From positions 224,626,001 to 224,690,000 of the forward strand of contig OZ024743.1 of the NCBI GenBank assembly GCA_964016885.1: DNA of 64,000 bases. The letters are read 5' to 3'. Position 1 is the first letter of the stretch; each line of letters starts with the position of its first letter. Below the pieces are notes generated by a model. That model saw nothing but the letters and a program-made list of their open reading frames with translations. It ran no database searches and was not told where the DNA came from. Shown piece by piece: positions 58,354 through 64,000 of the stretch. Made by a program: the position numbers and the translations under genes. Source of the DNA: Eledone cirrhosa. Its lineage: Eukaryota.

Positions 58354-60395
58354 TGATTATCAGTGGTTTGTGATGGAGTCAGTGGCACAAAACTTACTTT
58401 ATTTGGACAAATCTTTATTTCTTGAGAAACTTTTGGTTGACATAAAGACTGAGATAGAATTACAGCGTTGCAGAAGCCATAAAACCACTGAAGACCAGAG
58501 TAAAAATGTCAGTTTAACAACTGTTGATTCTACATATGGCTCCGAGACTGAAGAGATCACAGGATCTGGGTTAGGAAATGATAATTGCCAATCACAAACC
58601 ACTACATCTTCTTTTGACTTGGAAGATCCTGATCTTCTTGAAAACTTTGTTGAATCATCATCCCCGAAACCAACTTTGAATTCATCAGATGTAAAAAATC
58701 AAACTCCAGAAAAGTTATCAAAATACCACAAAATTCCATCAAATTCTGAGAATCAAAAATACATTCATAGAACAGTGCTAGAGGAAAATTCTGGACCATC
58801 CATGACATTAAATGAAACCATCACAACCGTACAGGAATCATTGAGTAGCCCTCTGATTGAGAGAAGCCCGAAGAATGTAACGTCTCTTACTGAATTAGTT
58901 CTACAGTCAACACAAGTAATTGGAGAGACTCTTGAAATTCAACTAAAAGAAGACCAAAACCTTGATCTAAGATCTGAATCAACAACAGATCCAATGCCAA
59001 AGAAACACAACTATGCACAGATAACATCAAATAATTCTTTAACATCTAAAAGCGGTACAGAAGAAAAAGTTTTGGAAATTGACAAAATTCAAGTAGCAGA
59101 AAATCCAAAATGCTGCACCTCTCTGACACCTGATGCATTTCATTCCATAAAAACATCAGAGCAATCCTTTTTTTCAATCAAAAGCTCAATAAATGAGAAA
59201 GCTATTGATAAATCAAAAACCCTTTCCTCAGCCACATTAAACACATCACAGAGTTCCTGTTCTTCATCCCCAATTGTTCGACAATCAACTTCTTTTCCTG
59301 GACTATCATCTCAAACATCACAAATAGAAGAAATAAAACATCTCACATCACCAAAAATTAAGGAAAAACCTTTTCAAACAGCTCCACCATCTTTACTTGC
59401 AGAAGTTAAATCAGCTGAAACTTTAGATAGAAAGAAGACATTGGTAACACAGTGCCCAGAGGTGAGCATGATCTCAGAGCATGCCACTACTCTACAGGCG
59501 GATGTACCATCAAAGCCTGCCACTGTTTCAGAGGCAGACATGCAGTCAAGTAATGTCACTGTTCCAGAAGTGGAAATGCTATCAGAGTCCACAACCACTC
59601 CAGAAGCAGATGTGTCATCAGAGCCCTCCACATTTCCAGAGGCCAGTGTTATATCAAAGCCCTCCATTGTTTCAGAGGTGGACACGCCATCAAAGCTTGC
59701 CCCAACCCTGGAGACAGAAACGTTGACAAAATCCACTAACCTTTCAAAGACAGCCATTTCACAATCCCATCTCCTTCACCCAATAATTTCCAAATCTGAC
59801 ACTTCTACTGTACCACCTCAGCAATTACCCTGCTCTTCTGTTCCTCCTCCACCACCACCACTAGCCCCGGGGCTTGGGGTTTTCCACAGCACTCCATCAC
59901 CACCACCCCCTCCTCTATTACCACCAGGGTCTGTGATTTTATCTAAGATTCCTAAGCCCCCACCACCACCTCCACTACCCCTAGGGTCTGGGGTTTTATC
60001 CAGAGTCCCACCTCCTCCACCCCCTCCTCCTCCATTACCTCCAGGGTCTGGGGTTTTATCCAGAGCCCCACCACCTCCACCTCCATTACCTCCTGGGTCT
60101 GGGGTTTTATCCAGAGCCCCACCACCTCCTCCTCCATTACCTCCAGGTTCTGGGGTTTTACCCAGGGCCCCACCTCCTCCACCACTTCCAGGGGCCCCAC
60201 CACCACCTCCACCACTACTTCGAGGGGCCCCACCACCGCCACCACCACCGCATTCATCATCATCATCATCATCATCACCAAATAAATACTCCTCTTCAAC
60301 GTTGCCAGCCAGATTACATGGTAAACCAGCGTTGGTACCAAAACAGAAACTCCGTTCTTTCCAGTGGCACAAAGTGGCGCCCAATATTCTCAAAG
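58354..60395 (+). CDS. INF2: INF2-like exon 6 (end of FH3, S/T-rich linker, FH1 polyproline, FH2 lasso start)
   Basis: ttcttcag|...aaag|gtaata, phase 2 to 1, in frame with ORF 58370-60478. SDYQWFVMESV...PPPPPPLPPGSG repeats...PKQKLRSFQWHKV (FH2 lasso Trp). Confidence 0.92.
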
Positions 60396-61448
60396 GTAAT
60401 ATTTCTACTACTATTATTATTATTACGCAAATCATCATCACCGTTTTACGTCCATTCTTCCACGCTAGCATGGGTTAGACGGGTTGTCCTGTTGTGGGCA
60501 GTGTCCGGTCGACTGACCTTGTCTTGCTCATACAGGAACTGATTCTGGCTTGATTTCTACAGCTGGATGCCCTTCCTAACACCAACCTCATTTACAGTGA
60601 GTGCTGGGTGCTTTTTTTCTGTGGCACCTACACGTCCACTTTACAATGTGGGCTGGGTGCTTTTTTGCCGTGGCACCTCCACGACCACTTTGCAGTGGAA
60701 TGATAGGGACCCCAGTCCTATCATCTCATTACAGCTGAATAACCTGGAGCAATGTGAAATAAAGTCTCTTGCTCAAGGAAATATCACCTGGTCCCGGAAT
60801 TGAACTCACAACCTTTCGATTGTAAACCCAATGCTCTAACCACTAAGCCATGCGCCTTCACTGCATTTAGATATGATACGTCAAATAAAATCGTAATTGA
60901 GAATATGCACAGAAATTGTTACACTCTCTTCCGTAATCAATAAAGTCATCCATGATACATTTAAAAAAGACGATATATATAAACTACATGAGGAGAAAAT
61001 TAGCGACGGAAATATAAACCTTATATAACGATGCAAATATATGAACTTTATATAAGCGATGTAATAAGTGTCATAAAATAACGGACGCTAACCGGAATTG
61101 TTGACATTTGAAAATTTTAAAGAAGTGAATCTTGAAATAAGCAATAAAATTATTTATATTTAATCAAGAGTTACAAAATTCAGTACATAAATAATGTAAT
61201 TTTCATTCTTTATTTATTCAAAGTAATTCAACTTATTTTACAAATGGGATAAAAAAATATATTCAGAACACAATCCTGCACTCCTCCCTTTATGATATTA
61301 TGATTTCAATTTATCCATGCAACCATGTTACTTAATTAATAGTACTATTGCCTTTTAAGAAAAGCAAAATCACCTCAAATACCATTTCCTTCCATTATAA
61401 ACCAATGTTCTCTTATTACAGAAATTTATATCACATTCTTTTTCCCAG

Positions 61449-61609
61449 AAAAAAGCAATCTTTGGCAAGATGTATACAATATGAAAAGCAATAGTGCTGT
61501 GGATGTGGACTATAAAGCTCTTGAAGACATGTTCAGTATGAAATCTCCTCCCAAAAGGACAGTCTCAGTTGATGAACAAAAATTGAAGAAGAAGAATATT
61601 CCCAAAAAA
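61449..61609 (+). CDS. INF2: INF2-like exon 7 (FH2)
   Basis: ttcccag|...aaa|gtatat, phase 1 to 0. EKSNLWQDV...DYKALEDMFS contains the second lasso Trp and the LE..F motif. The donor is weak. Confidence 0.85.
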
Positions 61610-61794
61610 GTATATATACACATGCATACACATGCATACACATACACACATGCATACACATACACACACGCTCACACACACACACTCACACACTCACGCA
61701 TACACGCACATACGCACGCACACACACTCACACTCACGCACACACTCACGCGCACACACACGCGCACACACACTCACGCGCAGACTCGCACGCA

Positions 61795-61825
<31 letters not shown>

Positions 61826-62160
61826 TCATACACTCACACACACACACACACTCAGACACTCTCACTCAGACACTCTCACTCAGACACACTCACTCAGACA
61901 CACTCACTCAGACACACTCACTCAGACACACTCACTCAGACACACTCACTCAGACACACTCACTCAGACACACTCACTCAGACACACTCACTCAGACACA
62001 CTCACTCAGACACACTCACTCAGACACACTCACTCAGACACACTCACTCAGACACACATACTCAGACACTCACATACTCAGACACTCACATACTCAGACA
62101 CTCACATACTCACTCACTCACATACTCACTCATTCACTCACATACTCACTCACTCACATT
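61610..62160 (+). repeat. (CA)-rich compound repeat including (CACTCACTCAGACA)n
   Basis: A 14-nt unit is repeated more than 10 times at about 61850-62060. Confidence 0.95.
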
Positions 62161-62667
62161 TTCAGTTGATGAACAAAAATTGAAAAAGAATATTCCAAAA
62201 AAATGTATCTATCCATATATATGATAGCTGCAAGTCGATTTTGAGTAATTCCGTCGCTTGATACTTAAGCATGAGCATCATAGACATGGCTTTTTAGTCC
62301 TGCTATGGCCAGCAATACCATGCATTGCAAAAAAGTTGCATATTGAGCGATGCCTGTGCTTGAAACTTTTTTTAAGTGAGGAAAGGCTTTGCACGGGGCC
62401 AATACAACTCTCTGAACATTGAATGCATTTATTCCCAAAAGAAGAACTGGTCTACATCATTGGATGCAAATGTAGCCATAGGTTTTATATCAGTGATGTT
62501 CTCCTAGAGAGATGTCTTAATGAAGACTAGGAGTCTCTCGCTTCACCCCCCCCCCCCCCCCAAAAAATATATATATACACATACATTCACACACACAAGC
62601 AAATATAATGACCCAATCTTTGTTAATACAACAGGGCTAATGATAACATGTATCATCTATTGTACAG

Positions 62668-62826
62668 GTCAATCTTTTGGACCGTGGTCTAGACATTGAT
62701 ATATTCCTGAAACAGTGTAATGCCTCACAAGAGAAAATTATTGAAATGATTAAAGAAGGAAATAACAAGGAGCTTGACTTGGAAATGTTACGACGGATGC
62801 AGAAAATTCTACCAACTGACAGTGAG
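62668..62826 (+). CDS. INF2: INF2-like exon 8 (FH2); gene continues beyond window
   Basis: tgtacag|...gag|gtatgt, 159 nt, phase 0 to 0. VNLLDRGLDIDIFLKQC...LEMLRRMQKILPTDSE vs INF2 FLDAKKSLNLNIFLKQF...LKQLLKLLPEKHE. Confidence 0.9.
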
Positions 62827-63293
62827 GTATGTTATTGCAACAGAGCATATCACATGATAACTTTGATAACTTTCGGTCAGTATTGGCCCAAGCCATGTCT
62901 AACTTAATAGCACCAACTGGCAAAATACCCAATATCAAATTATTAACAATAGCATAGTTAATACACAAGGTTAAATCATCATCATCATCGTCGTTTAACA
63001 TCCATTTTCCATGCTAGCATGGGTTAGATGGGTTATCCCATTAGACGCAAATTCGATCGTGTGACCGTGTCTTGCTCATATAGAACTGTTTCTGGCTAAG
63101 TTTCTATGGCTAGATGCCCTTCCTAATGCCAACCACATTTACAGTGTGGGCTGGGTGCTTTTTGTAGTGACTCCTACACAACCCCTTTACAGTGTGAGCT
63201 GAGTGCTTTTTGTCATGACTCCTACACAACCCCTTTACAGTGTGGGCTGGGTGCTTTTTGTCATGACACCCACACAACCACAACACAAATTAA

Positions 63294-63520
63294 AGTAATG
63301 ATTCTAAACCTGGGGTCTGTGGACCCCTAAATGTCAGTGAGTCGAGTTCAAATTTTCAACTACTTTTTTATAAATATAATATACACAAACTCCTGGATAT
63401 CCATTCTTCTCTAAATATAATCATTCATTTCTTAATCATCTGGGGAGCGAATAGTTGTAGTAGGGAAACATTCATTTAAATAAAAGGGTTCCTTGGGAGA
63501 GAAAAGATTAGGAACCACTA
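63294..63520. mobile_element. Decayed hAT-type MITE
   Basis: taatgattctaaacctggggtctgtggaccc ... aaaagattaggaaccacta resembles CAGTGGTTCTCAACCT-type TIRs. Confidence 0.5.
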
Positions 63521-64000
63521 GGACGAAAGTAAAAATCAACCCCAGCTTTGTATTCCATACTTTAAGGTTTGATAAAATAAATACCATGACAAAAAAGAAA
63601 CAATGAGGATGAAATGGGAAGGGGCACACTTTTAACGAACGATATAAGTAGAAATTGTTAGAATGGTTATAACAAAGTTGTTAGATTTAATAACAAAAAT
63701 AAAGATTTAGTTTATATATAAAGGTTTACTTCACTTGAGTTAAAAAGAACAATAAATATATTACCACGAGTTGCGAAGGTTGACAATGTTATTTTTGTTG
63801 TTGGTTCATGAGGCTGTTGTAGTCTGAGACCATAGTAAGAGAGAGATAATGGTCTGTAGTTGACTGTAGCCCACTGTGGCCTGTAGATACCGGTGAATCT
63901 TTCACATAGCTTGTAATAGCGTACTGCTCCGATCGCTCTGTATGTCTGTAGACTTCTGGGGCCTGAAGGTAGTGGTGAATCTTTCACATGACTTGTCTAT

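Noticed and set aside
59818-60471. Gly-rich minus-strand ORF
   Set aside because: Antisense shadow of the FH1 polyproline region.

Overview
This is eukaryotic, AT- and microsatellite-rich DNA. The SINE, RTE and (TA)n profile looks cephalopod/octopus-like, which is an inference. The window holds eight coding exons of a + strand inverted formin-2 (INF2)-like gene: DID/FH3, a long S/T-rich linker, FH1 and the start of FH2. All junctions are GT-AG and phase-compatible, and the gene continues past the window. Its 32.9-kb second intron (10518-43439) is a nest of Penelope-like retroelements (PLEs: Naiad-type and Neptune-type RT/GIY-YIG) inserted in (TA)n tracts, with about a dozen type I hammerhead ribozyme (HHR) motifs. 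The main observations are: (i) one PLE carries a kb-long microsatellite-mosaic 3' UTR into which a second PLE has inserted, and the empty site is visible in its inverted copy; (ii) in at least five unrelated HHR islands the tail-less arm stops 4-6 nt before a shared ACTC...GAGT (or covarying GCTC...GAGC) hairpin; (iii) there is a candidate in-frame alternative INF2 exon at 51832-52041; (iv) several long perfect or near-perfect inverted repeats lie in the pre-mRNA. Helitrons, an RTE LINE, tRNA-SINEs, MITEs and an artefactual 200-N gap are also present. All alignments and RNA folds were done by eye.
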